The position numbers and the translations under genes were made by a program. A stretch of 63,764 nt of DNA, counting the filler, from Octopus bimaculoides (lineage: Eukaryota): NCBI RefSeq assembly GCF_001194135.2. It is 8 parts of 7 records of this genome, joined end to end, with 100 filler letters (N's around TTAATTAATTAA, not from the genome) between each part and the next. Parts side by side here need not be neighbours in the genome. Positions count along the whole stretch, not along the records: positions 9,431 to 29,429 come from NC_068994.1; 7 more parts are not named here. One strand, given 5' to 3'. The notes beneath the pieces were generated by a model that was given only the letters and a program-made list of their open reading frames with translations, did not search any database and was not told where the DNA came from. Below are positions 13,111 through 25,130 of this stretch, in pieces. How positions within the stretch are numbered: the stretch's first letter is position 1; each line of letters opens with the position of its first letter.

Positions 13111-15479
13111 ACTGAAAGATAATCATTATGATGTAAACAATGTTGAGGAATTGTTAAAAACAATAAAAGTGGTCAGTTCAATACTTACTCTAAGCTTCCA
13201 TAAAAGCCCCTCTTGGGCCTTATTTCACAGAGAAACTAAATGCTATATTGGTACTGTAGTAAAATATATTTTCAAAGAAATTTTGTGATTAGAACCTTAA
13301 TATCTGGGTCGTTGTAATGACAGGAAATGAAGTCTTGCTGTGGCATTGGATTATGCTTTCATGCAAGACACATTATTTTACTGGCTTTAGTCTTTAAGAG
13401 ATATTACTTCACAATTGAGTGGCTGGCTTTATGAACAGAAGTACCTGACCATGAAATCTTCTGCTTCACCAATTCATGCAAGTGTTCAAATTTGTGGAAT
13501 CCATACTTGCTGTACTGTTATCAACAATTATTGATTTCCTGCTCAGGCAGAAGACCACAAGACCACAATTCTGTGCAAGTGGATGGAAGAGAGGAAACAC
13601 TTGATTAAACCAACCCCATTATTGAACTGGTACTTATATTATCAATTATTCTTCACCTCTCATGAAAGGATAAAATGCAAAGTTGACCTCAGTAGGATAT
13701 GAACTCAGAAGACAAAGGGCTGCAACTGAATACAAGAAGTATTTTGTCTGATGTCCTATTGTTTCAGATAGTCCACTGTGCAGTAGTAAGCAAATGATCT
13801 ATGTTTGGATTAGAGGTTATATATGAAATTATTATTGTAGCAATTATGCTCTGGTTTATATATTGGATTAAGGGCTATATTTGAAGACTATTCAATAGTG
13901 AAACATGCGTACATACATATATATATATATATATACACACACACATATATATCTATACATAAACACAGATGCACACACACTGAACATTTTAGTGTGGGGG
14001 CAGGAATGGATAGCAGCTATATGGGAAGATATGACAATACAGCTATGCATGGCACACGCATTGTGTGTTACTGACTATAGAGGTATATATTTAGCAATTA
14101 TACAATAGAACTATCTTTAGTGCAGATATTTTCAGGGTTTTCATTAATAAAGAAGTTTGGTTGAGATGATGGTGGTGGTGGTGGTGGTGGAGGTAGTGGT
14201 GGTGGTGGTGGAGGTAGTGGTGGTGGTGGTGGTGGTAGTGGTGGTACTGCTGCTACTGCTGGAGATACTGAGAGAGCTCAGGAGTGAAATTCAAATATTT
14301 CTAAACAATATTTTGATTAAAAGCTTGCAGGCCTGTTAAAAATTATGTTTTTATCAATAGAAAAAAATAAATATATCTAAATAAAAAATGCCATTATCTG
14401 TATCAGCTGACTGGAATAGGTTTCCATGTGTAGTTGCAAGTCAGAAAATACTGAAATACACACACACACACACACAATATCAATGTACCATTTTAGGTAT
14501 TCTGATAATGGATAATTCAATAGTTTGTAGACTGTTTGCTTTTTTTTTATTATTATCACTATTATTATTATTTCCGGTGGTAGAGATCATAGCATTGGCT
14601 GTGGTGGTGTTAGTAGTAGTGTTGGAGTCATGAAGGTGAGTGTGGAAGTTGTGGATGTGGTTGCAGTGGCACTGATGGTAATGGTGGTTGTAATGGTCGT
14701 GGTCGTTGTCATCATTGTGGTCATAGCTGTGGTAGTGGTGGTGGTGGTGGCGGCGGCGGCGGTGGTGGTGTTGTGGAATGCTAGAAAGAGAAAAATAGTA
14801 TCAAAGTTCTTTGGGTTTTTTATTTTATTGTATTTTTATTATTATTTTTATTTTAAACAAGAAAAACTAAAAATATTCTCTATAATCTTCTGTTGTGTCT
14901 GTCTATCTCTGGTCCTGCTGACGTCACTAATTAATGGGTGAGGAGAGGGATTATTGCTTTGTTTCTGGTTATTCTTTTTGTATGGATTATAGTAATTTGA
15001 TTTTTTCTTAATTATTCATCAGTGTAAGGAGACCAGCACCCATGACCCTTTGTGGGGTCTGAGACTGACTGGAGCAAAAGAGAAGGAAAGGAAGAAAGGA
15101 AGGAAGGAAGGAAGGAAGGAAGGAAGGAAGGAAGGAAGGAAGGGAAGGAGGGAGGGAGGAAAGAAGGAGAGGTGGGAGGAAGGGAGAAGGTTATCTTCAG
15201 GCCCAAAACCAAGCCTGAATGGTGGCAACAAAAACCATTCTTCTAAAACCATTCATTTCACAAGATGGTTGTTGTACACTAGGTGGTGAATTATGTTTAC
15301 CATCCAAGGATAGGAACAGTCTCTCCAACAAAAAGAGGTTCCCTCAGTTTCCATTATCAAATTTCACTCACAATGTTTTGGTCTTATCTCAGACACCCCA
15401 CAGTGCGAACGTACCTGTAATAATATGAAGTAAAACTCATCATCATGCAACCACTTCCACACCTTCTTAATCACACAGC

Positions 15480-15930
15480 CATGGTAAGGCTATGTGGTTG
15501 AGAAGTTTGCTTCCCAACACATGGTTTCAGGTTCAATCTCACTATGTGACATCTTGGGTATGTGTCTTCTACTATAGCCCTGGGTTGACCAAAATCTTGT
15601 GAGTGGATTTAACAGATGAAAGCTGAAAGAAGCCCATCATGTTTGTATGTGTATATATTTGTGTATGTGTATCTGTGTCTGAGTCTGTGTTTGTGTGAGT
15701 GTGTGTTTGTTTATGCTGCCATGTCTTGACAATGCAAGATAATTGTAACTGAATGTCACTGACATACAAGCAGTGTCATTCATTTCTCCAAAAATATATC
15801 TGGCCATGGGCAAATATTACCTTACTTGAAAAGAAGTCAGGGCTGGCAACAAGAAGGGCATCCAGACAGAGAAAATCTACCTCAATAAAATCCATCTGAT
15901 CTATGCTAACATGGAACAGTAGAATTTAAA
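15480..15930 (+). mobile_element. SINE C head plus RTE-tail-like body
   Basis: ggctatgtggttgagaag...caggttcaatctcactatgtgacatcttggg, later gaagggcatccagacagagaaaatc. Confidence 0.6.
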
Positions 15931-16459
15931 ATGATGTGCACATGTGCACACAGGCACATATACATAGAATCACAAAGTTATAACCACAGTTTCACAATCA
16001 CTCTTTCATACACTCCTGCACAATGCACACACGTGCATACACACTTGCACACAGTCACACATTCGTGTATCTACATAACCACATGTCCAAACTAATCTAT
16101 AAGTAAACAGACAACAATAATCAATCCAGGAAATTACTCTATCACACCATCTTATAACAGCATCTCATTCACATGAACACCAAATACTCAAATATCTCAA
16201 AACTACTGCAATGTTGATCATTATATTGGCCTCAAAGCATTCCATCTCCACTACACCCAATGCAAACAGAACACGACAGAAGGAACACAAACATACAGTG
16301 ATCATCTCAAAGTAATCTACACCACTAGCTGATTCATGCTAGCATGTGTGTGTGTTTGCATGCGTGTGTGTATGTATATTCATATATATATACACTCTCA
16401 CAAACATGATACGGTGTCAAATATGCCTCAAGCATATTTGAACCCAAAAGAAAGCCATT

Positions 16460-16740
16460 CATTTTACCAATATTAATTCTGAGTCCACATTTTTTGCCTT
16501 TTTCTTTTAGTTCTCTGAGCATTTCTGTTAATTTTTAATGTTCCTGGAAATGAGTACAATGTCATCAGCGAAGCTGAGATGATTTAGCATACATCCATTT
16601 ATATTTAATCCTTTATCTGACCAATACAAGTTTTTAAAATCGTTTTCTAATACAGGTATGAATAGTTTGGGTGGTATAGTGTCTTCTAATCTGATTCCTT
16701 TCCAATTTTGATATGAATCACTTTGTGGTTTATAGTTGCC
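16460..16740 (-). mobile_element. RTE-clade reverse transcriptase fragment
   Basis: KGIRLEDTIPPKLF...GLNINGCMLNHLSFADDIVLI...KCGLRINIGK (decayed RQGD, FADD motif, domain 6). Confidence 0.85.
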
Positions 16741-17841
16741 ATAGTTTAGAAGAAAGGACAATGGATGAAATAACAAATTGGCAGAGTGGACACAATGTCC
16801 AGAAAAGAAGCGAGGAAGACCTCTGAGAAGTTGGAATAAAGACTTTAAATTCTTTGGCTTCCAAACATGGATGAGGAAAACATAAGACTGTGGTTGGTGG
16901 AGAGAACATACTGTGGCCTTTGTCCAGTAGTGGACTGAACATGTGCAAGGAGGAGGATGTACCTTGCTTAACACAACATAAGAAAGGCATTCACTATATT
17001 TTGTCATGGAGAAAATTTCTCACTATAAACAAATAAGTGTAAATGCACAGTCACCCCACAGTGTCCCCTAACCAGACTATGGGATGCATGTATTTCAAAG
17101 TCATTATCTCCTCTTCAGCAACAGAGACTACAAAGAGAGACACCATGAACTGACATGAGAACCAGATCCCTCTTGTGTTATTCTTGTCATCATTGAGTGC
17201 TATTCAGCAGGTCACTGTAAATAAAGTGCAAGGTGACAGTGCTAAGTAGTGATGTCTATAAGTACAAAGTGTTACTGGTTCAAATATGCTTGAGGCATAT
17301 TTAAATCTGTAAAGAAACCATTCACTGTATTTTGTCAGGGAGAAAATTTCTTGTAGTAGATAGATAGGTATAAATACACTGAGTCAGCCCACAGCACCCT
17401 TAACCAAATTGTAGAATGCATGCATTTCAAAGTGGTTATCTCCTCTTCAACAATAGAGGCCAGATACGCAAACAGTGCAAACTGATGTGTGAGATAAGTT
17501 CCTCTTATAATATTCCTATCATCATTCAGCAGCTTGTCATATATAAAATATAGGGTCTCTATGTATATATGTGTGTGTAGGTAAATGTTGAACAATGAAA
17601 TTTAATTTGCTGAGATTCTTATAGAGAAAACAATAAATCAAAGGGTCCTACTCTTGGATGATATCATCTTTTGAGTGGTTATGTCCTTTGAATTTGACTT
17701 TTGGGCAAACAGTCATGTTGGATGGTAAATTTATTTGCATTATATTATATTTTGGGTGTATGTGATGTTTGTATGTATATTCAAATTTCATGTTCAGGAA
17801 AGGGGCTATCCTGGTGGGATTAGTGGGGTGGGTGGTGGTTG

Positions 17842-18180
17842 CTATTTGAAGTGTTTAAGCATTAAACATTGCTTGTGTATGGAGGGAGAGAAGATTTCAT
17901 CCCTAACATTTAGGGTGTTATCTGTTGACTGAATGATATTTAGTTTTTCAGTGATACAAAGTTCACATTTGGTACCCCATTCTTTGTATTTTCTGGCTTT
18001 AGCTATGATGATTCATTTTAACTGGGGGTTACTTATTTTACCTTTTTTCAATGTCTATATCATATTGGATTCGGATGTTGTGTGTTTTTTATTTTTGTCT
18101 CTGAATGACACCAGGTGTTGTGTGCACCTTTCCTTGAATGAGTTACTCATCATTCATCTTTGTTACTCCATTGGGGTCAA
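17842..18180 (-). mobile_element. Penelope-like element, GIY-YIG C-terminal fragment
   Basis: Hand translation: K*IIIAKARKYKEWGTKCELCITEKLNIIQSTDNTLNVRDEIFSPSIHKQCLMLKHFK* (CxLCxxEK...LN..E...H tail). Confidence 0.75.
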
Positions 18181-18189
18181 TGATTTTAG

Positions 18190-18530
18190 AAGATACGAAG
18201 AGGAAAATCTTATGGTTTAACCTACCTTATAGCAAGAATGTAGCCACTAACATAGCTAGGAAATTCTTAAAATTAATAGACAATCACTTCCCTCATTCAC
18301 ATAAATACCACAAAAGTTTCAACAGAAACATTGTTTAAGTTAGCTATAATTGCCTCCCCAATATAGGATCGATAATACTCAACCACTATAAAAATAAACA
18401 CACCAGAGATATCCCCAACACAAAGACAACACAACTTCAGGTCTCCAAATCACTGCCCTCTAAACAACAACTGTCTTGGAAAAGAACTTGTATATGAGGC
18501 TAAAATCACAGATCTCAACGAGAATATTTA
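18190..18530 (+). mobile_element. Penelope-like element, linker region between RT and GIY-YIG
   Basis: [58 protein letters not shown]...CPLNNNCLGKELVYEAKI. Confidence 0.8.
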
Positions 18531-18533
18531 TTG

Positions 18534-18639
18534 ATCACTACAATTATTTCGACCTATCTAGCATTGATCCCTTATGTGTAGGATACTGAACTGCTGGTTT
18601 AGGAGTATCCAGCAGTGTGGGTTTGTCTCCTCAGGTGAT
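18534..18639 (-). ncRNA. Type I hammerhead ribozyme (Penelope pLTR-associated), intact core
   Basis: Minus strand: AUCAC-CUGAGGA-GAC-(71 nt)-GUC-GAAA-U-AAUU-G-UA-GUGAU; 5-bp perfect stem I, G10.1-C11.1 pair, GUA cleavage triplet. Confidence 0.7.
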
Positions 18640-19578
18640 TTCAATAGGTATCTCATTAAAATAAACTCTGCTTTGCAAGATTTCTTCTTGGTCTTTGTAT
18701 ATAGAAATGGCAAATTAAGGTATACAACTTCATTCTTATAGAAGATCCATAACAAATATCAGATACAAAAGGAAACAAATACACAATACTGCAAAAAAGG
18801 TATTAGATGTAGCCATTAGTAGATATGGATGTACAAATGCCTACACTTACATGGTCTGGCATATGTACACTTGATCATACAAACGCACACACACATAGAA
18901 GCTCAACCACATGTGGCTTGGTGCACATATACACACACACAGAATTAAGTAGATAATAATAAAGTCATTGCCTATTACTTGCTAGTGATATGACACTACT
19001 TGGTGAGGAGTCACGGATTTTGTTGTGCAGTTCACTAGATCTGGCTGATATACTTAGAGCAGCTGTAAAGTCATAAATACGGACATAGTAAATGTGTATT
19101 TTTTAATGACTAATGAAACAACCGATAGCTTGTAGAAAGCATCAATGCCAGGGTTAGGATCACCAGTGTAGATAGGTGTAGGTATTTTTCATTTCACAGT
19201 AAGCAATACTTATTGAGAGACTCAAGTTGGTATTTTTCTCACTTTAAGTGGTTTACAATGGCCAAGGGGTATCCAAGTGATGTTGGTAACTAGCATAGTA
19301 TTGTGTTTTTAAGAATGAGAAGGTTACAGTTATTCATCCATACATTTAGGGAAAGTGTGGTTATTAATTTAGTCATCGATTACTCTAATTCATGCAGGTG
19401 TATAGGCTATCATGGCCATAACACAAAGTTTAAATAACATAGAAAACAAAACCAATTAATTACTTTATTGTTTACCTGCATTTCAGTAATACCTTAGTGA
19501 TTGCTATTACATAATGAGCTGTGCTTAAAGTTACCTCAATATCACAGCATTCCTGAAACATATGTAAAGAATGAAGTA

Positions 19579-20731
19579 TCAGGTTGAATAAAATGTAAGC
19601 GATGTTTTGAACCATGAAGAATTTGTATTGGATTTTTGCAGAGTTTTGAATATTTTTAAAACATTTTTTAAAAAAATTGTCTGATAATACAGATATAGAC
19701 TTGCCCAAATGCATCAATAAATAAACATTGATATTTTTTTCTCCATTGCTACAATCATCTGAAATGGAATTGTCAAAGTGCGATATTTGAGCAGCTTTGC
19801 TATTCAACTTCAAAAAAGAACATAGAGCAGCTGAAACTGCTCCCAATATCAACAAAATGTTTGGTGAGGAAATGACTAGTGAGTGGTCAGCTCGAAAATA
19901 GTTTAAATAATTTCACAGTGGAGACCTGAGCCTTGGAGATTATGAGCATATTGGACGCTCATCTGTCAACGATGACAGTCAATTAAAGACCATCATTGAG
20001 AAAGATCCACATAAAACCAATGAAGAACTGGCCAAAGTACTTCAAGTTAGCCAGAAAACTGCCTGCAACCATTTGCATGTGATCAGAAAATCAAAAACGA
20101 TCGCCAAATGGGTGCCACATGATTTGAATGAAAATCAGAAAATGTGCAGATATGAAATTTGCTCGTCACTTCTTCTCTGTAACCAGACTGATCCATTTCT
20201 CAACTGTATTGTATTGTAACTTTCGTTTGATGCAAAAGTGGATTCTGTACAATAATAAAAAGCGTTCTTTGCAGTGGTTGGACCAAAACGAAGCACCAAA
20301 AACTTTCCCTAAACCTGAGCTCTTCAAAAAGAAGGTTATGGTGACTGTTTGGTGGTGTACTGCTGGATTCATCCACTATAACTTCTTAAAACCCAGAAAA
20401 ACCATTACTGCAGAAACACATTGCCATGAAATTGCCAAAATGAATGAAAAACTGCTACTTCTCCATCCTAGACTGGTCAACAGAAGAGACCAACCATTCT
20501 GCATGACAATGCTCAACCACACGTTTCACTAATGATGCTCTAGAAGTTGAGGGAACTTGGCTACAAAGTTCTTCCCCACCCAGCTTATTCCCCAGACCTT
20601 TCTCCTACCAACTGCCACTTTTTCAAGCATCTTGATGGTTTCATGCGAGAGAAGTTCAAAAATTAAACCAATGCTGAAAGTGCATTCAAAGAGTTTATCA
20701 GCTACAGAACTCCAGATTTTTATGTCACTGA
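19579..20731 (+). mobile_element. mariner (D,D34D) transposon, Hsmar1-like, inactivated, 3' end missing
   Basis: ATG at 19764 (MELSKCDI*AALLFNFKKEHRAAETA); WVPHDL; VMVTVWW; HDNAQPH; YSPDL; DFYVT; putative TIR ta|tcaggttgaataaaatgtaagcg. Confidence 0.9.
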
Positions 20732-22676
20732 GGCAAAATCAAGATCTCAAAATCCAGCTGACTGGCATTAAGAATGAGGCTCTACTTCTTCTTGAAGACA
20801 AAGTCCTCCAGCTTGGAAGAAAACTTTTGCAGGAGCATGGCTTGCCAGATCCAGTAAGAGAACAGACCAGGAAAATTTAAGGGAGACATCCTATAACATG
20901 AACAATCTCTATGAGCATGTAACAGAGAATGAGCCAAAGCTTTCAACTGAACAACGGACAGCTTACAATTGCATCATTCAAATGACTCAGGAGGAAAATG
21001 CTACCCTGTTCTTTTTGGATGCTCTTGAGGGTACTGGCAAGACGTTTTTGATAAAGTTTTATTAGCAAAAGTCTGTCTAGATGGGTGCATTGCATTGGCG
21101 GTAGCATCTTCTGGAATGGCAGCTACTCTCTTTACAGGTGGACGAACAGCTCATTCTACTTTCAAGGTTCCCTCGAATTTAGTTAGGATAGAGACTCCAA
21201 TTTGCAACATTTCTAAGACATCAGCAAAGGCCAAGGTCTTGCAGCAGACGCACTTGATTGTCTGGAATGAATGAACCATGTCTCACCATGGAGTACTTGA
21301 GGTTGTTGACCGTAGCCTAAGAGATTTGAGAGGAAAGAACATTCTCATGGGTGGGTCACTATAGTTTTGACTGGGTATTTCAAACAAACCCTTCCTGTGA
21401 TCCCAAAAGATACAAAAGCAGATGAACTACAAGCCTGTCTCAAGCAATCCTATCTGTGGAGGCAGGTGGCTAAACTGCAATTGACAGTTAACATGAGGGC
21501 CCAATTATTTGGTGATCAAACTGCTGGGCTGTTTTTACAGCAGCTTCTGAAGATAGGGAATAGGCAACTACCAAATGTCAACCAAATGCAGCAACACTTG
21601 CTACCCTGTGGTGAGATGGTGCCAACTGTCAATGCTCTCATAATGCATGTGCTCTCAGACATTGCACAAAACTTTAGCAACAGTCAGTGGCTCTGTGAGT
21701 AAGCCATCTTAGTTCCACGTAATGATGCTGTTGACAAAATCAACTGGGATTTCTTGCAGCTGTTGCCAGAACAAGAACAGTCTTTCAAATCCCTCAATAC
21801 TGTCATTGATCAGGACCAGGTTGTAGTTTTTCCAACTGAGTTCCTGAACTCTCTTCAACCATCTGGGGTGCCACCCCACCACTTAACACTTAAAAAAGGG
21901 CCCCAATCATGCTGCTCAGGAATCTGGATCTACCTTGTCTGTGCAATGACACCAGACTGGTGGTGAAAGCGATTCAACTCCATGTCCTAGAGGCAACAAT
22001 TATGACTGGGAACTATAAGGGTGAAGATGTCTTCATTCCATCGACCCCGTTAATCCCATATGACCTCCCCTTTGAATTTAAACAGTTCCAGTTCCCAGTG
22101 AAATAAGTTTCACTGTATCAATAAACAAGTCTGAAGGACAGTCTCTCAAGGTTGTTGAATTTCACCTTGCTTCTCTCATGGACAATTATATGTAGGATAT
22201 TCATGAGTTGGAAGTCCCCAAAATCTTTTCATTTATACACCAATTAAAGGACACACTCAAAACATCGTATATTTAGAAGCTCTAGAAAATTAAACTGTGA
22301 TTGCTTTCCGGATTTGTTTCAATACATGTGTTTATACTGACATCATCTGATAGAATTTTTGTTAAATGTACTTCTTAACAGGAGAGGAGTGCCCACAGGC
22401 CGTTTCTTCTCAAGTTTATGCATTTTCAGGTTCAATGTGTTTCAAATAAGTACTGACAATTGAAGGTGACTGCAAAGACAAAGAACTACCTATTTTTTTT
22501 TTAACAATTGTAACAGTGAGAACATTGGACAAAATATATTATTGACATTAATAGTTTGTACCTCAGCTAATTACTGTTGAGAACTGCATAATCCATGTGT
22601 CATGTTAGAGATCTTAAAGGCATTTTCGAATTTCATTATTTTCTTTAATTCAGGCAATGCCAGATATTTCTGCTAG
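20732..22676 (+). mobile_element. Helitron 3' half (PIF1-like helicase, frameshifted) with CTAG terminus
   Basis: NEALLLLED...LPDP; EGTGKT; ASSGMAATLFTGGRTAHSTFK; FKQTLPVIP; LTVNMRA; FPTEFLNSLQPSGVPPH; SHGQLYV; TQNIVYLEAL*; ends caggcaatgccagatatttctgCTAG|t. Confidence 0.92.
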
Positions 22677-22853
22677 TATATATATATATATATATNNNNN
22701 NNNNNNNNNNNNNNNNNNNNNNNNNNNNNNAAATCGTGAAGATAGAGAGCTTCTTACGATGTAAAAAGGGAAAAGTTTGATAACCTTTATTTATATTTTT
22801 TAAGTACAAGCACCATCATCAGAAGTAAAGAGTCAATACATGTTAGTCTATAC

Positions 22854-23024
22854 CAATGGTTCCCAACCTCTTTATTTAAAAAAGAGTTTTCCCGTGGACC
22901 CCTTTTTGATATACTCATCCTTATCTATATATATTCATATAAAATTTTGAATTTAATTCACAGACCCCGAGTGCTAGCTTTGCAGACCACCATGGTTCTG
23001 TAGACCTCAGGTTGGGAACCACTG
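22854..23024. mobile_element. hAT (Charlie/Buster-like) MITE, 171 bp
   Basis: TIRs caatggttcccaacct / aggttgggaaccactg; perfect 8-bp TSD GTCTATAC at 22846-22853 and 23025-23032. Confidence 0.9.
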
Positions 23025-23278
23025 GTCTATACAATTCCAGTTGGGCTCACATTTCTTGATTGTTTGTGTCTGATGATGGGCTGAAACATATGAAGGTTAT
23101 TAAATTTTTTCATTTGTGCATTGTAAGAAACTTTCTGTCTACACTATTTTGTTATTTTACTTATTTATCACAATGCTTCAAGCAAGATACAATGCTCTTT
23201 TATATCCATTATTCAACATCTATTTTCCATGCTGGCATGAACTGAACATATACGTACATACATATATATCTACATATA

Positions 23279-23314
<36 letters not shown>

Positions 23315-23350
23315 ACATATGTCAAGAGTTGTTTTTTCTGCTATTTACAG

Positions 23351-23509
23351 GTGAGAGGTCTGCCAGGAATTTATTTAGCCAATCAGGAACCAAGTGAACT
23401 GAATCTGAAAGAAAGTGGAAGAAGAACCTACATTTCTTTTGATAAAGGAGGAAACTGGAGCTTAATTCCAGTCCCACTTGATATGAAATCCCAGTGTAAA
23501 TCTGACAAG
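23351..23509 (+). CDS. Internal exon of a VPS10-domain receptor (SorLA/SORL1- or SorCS-like)
   Basis: ctatttacag| VRGLPGIYLANQEPSELNLKESGRRTYISFDKGGNWSLIPVPLDMKSQCKSDK |gtaaag; 159 bp, phase 0-0; SFDKGGNW Asp-box; resembles recalled SORL1 VEGLQGVY...ITFDKGGTW and SORCS VAGIKGMFLANK. Confidence 0.88.
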
Positions 23510-24727
23510 GTAAAGATTATTCACCATGGGTCCACTTCATGGGTTGGTAAGAGTATTGACAAAGTAAAACTACCCCCAGAGTCAAGAGTATTGGCTTTAT
23601 TTTGTTCTGATTCCCCCACCCCTTATGTTAGTGTTTCTTGTTATTTACGCTCAAGTTGTGCTATGATCAAAGATATTTCAGCCATGACCATCCAGTTTAT
23701 TACTTAGACACACAACATATCTGGTATCTAGGTCCAGTGATAGGGGATGGAGTGATAAAGTATTGTTCTGTTAGTTTGCCTCATGATAAAATATTTTGGA
23801 AATATGGTCAGTTTCATACTACAATCTGTATGACAGCACAATGTAATTGATCATGCATTGTTTCTGATAATGGTGTACGCATAAAAGTGTTTGACAAACA
23901 AAGTGTTTTTGTCATTACAGTTTGTTTAATATTTGTAGGCTTGAGCAAATATTTCTTACTGTTGTCCTGGGACAACCCAAGCCTTGGAGTGAAATTGGAA
24001 ACTGTGTGGAATCTTATCAAATGGATTGTACCTGTTATTTAAAGGGTCAGCCCCATTACACTTTGTCACACTGACTCACCTTAAGAACTCCATTAAGGGT
24101 ACTCATTACTGTGGAATACTCAGCCTCTTATATGCTGATTTGGCAAGTTGATCAAGCTACCAAATACTTATCATCAAAATCAGCTGAGATCTCTTTTATA
24201 TTCCATATTAACGTGTCTCAGAAGGTACAAAGTTCTTCATAAAAGAATTTTTGCATGATATTGTGTATTTCTTAATGTATACTTAATAATATACTATATT
24301 TGATGGTATGGTTTGTTTGTTAGGTTAGCGTGTTTAACTCTAAAAGGTTATATACATATTTCTATACTCATACCTCTTACATGTATTATATTCTACCATC
24401 TCCTTTCAACCACACCACTTTCAGTAATCACCTGCAGGAATCTCTTTCTAATCCCCTAATATCTAACTCTTCGCATTGTAACATCGACTGCTTCTTTCTT
24501 CAGCAACGTTTGCAGTCTCTTGTTCTAAGTATGTATGTGAAATCAGAAAAATGTATTCATGTATTAAAGTTGTATGTACAAATGTGAAATCAGAACAAGG
24601 TATCATAGATTTATCATTTATTTTTATCAGAATCGTAAACATGACATGTATATTGAGTGTATCCAGCCTGAGTAAACTCCTCACTACCATCACATTAAAG
24701 CTACTACTACTACTACTACTACTACTG

Positions 24728-24758
<31 letters not shown>

Positions 24759-25045
24759 AATGATGTATTCTCTTCTCCTTTCAACACATGTTTGTTTACC
24801 AAATGAGGGAATCTCTTTGAGAATTCTTTTCATGATTCCATTCAATATGTTGAGATTTTCTTTGCTGATGGGAATGTGCATTCATCATAAACCCAGTCAC
24901 TGAAGCAACTCTGCAGTTTATGTCTTTCAGTACATTTTTCTGAAATAATTCCCGTTGACCAGATTTTTCCTTTCAGTTTCATCATCACAAATTCTTCCTA
25001 GAATTATTCTCTTTTTGTATAACACACCTACTAACCCATTGCAAC

Positions 25046-25130
<85 letters not shown>

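Noticed and set aside
13325-13370. ATGAA plus gtcttgc...gcaagac hairpin as a SECIS or pre-miRNA
   Set aside because: No 3' GA quartet and too short for a pre-miRNA
23066-23100. ctgatga-tgggct-gaaa-c-atat-g-aa hammerhead-like motif upstream of the exon
   Set aside because: Stem II too short, U16.1 absent, stem I unpaired; at best a dead relic
24497-24530. ttcttcag|...CSLLF* as the next VPS10 exon (expected CSLH)
   Set aside because: Wrong phase relative to the phase-0 donor and an immediate stop
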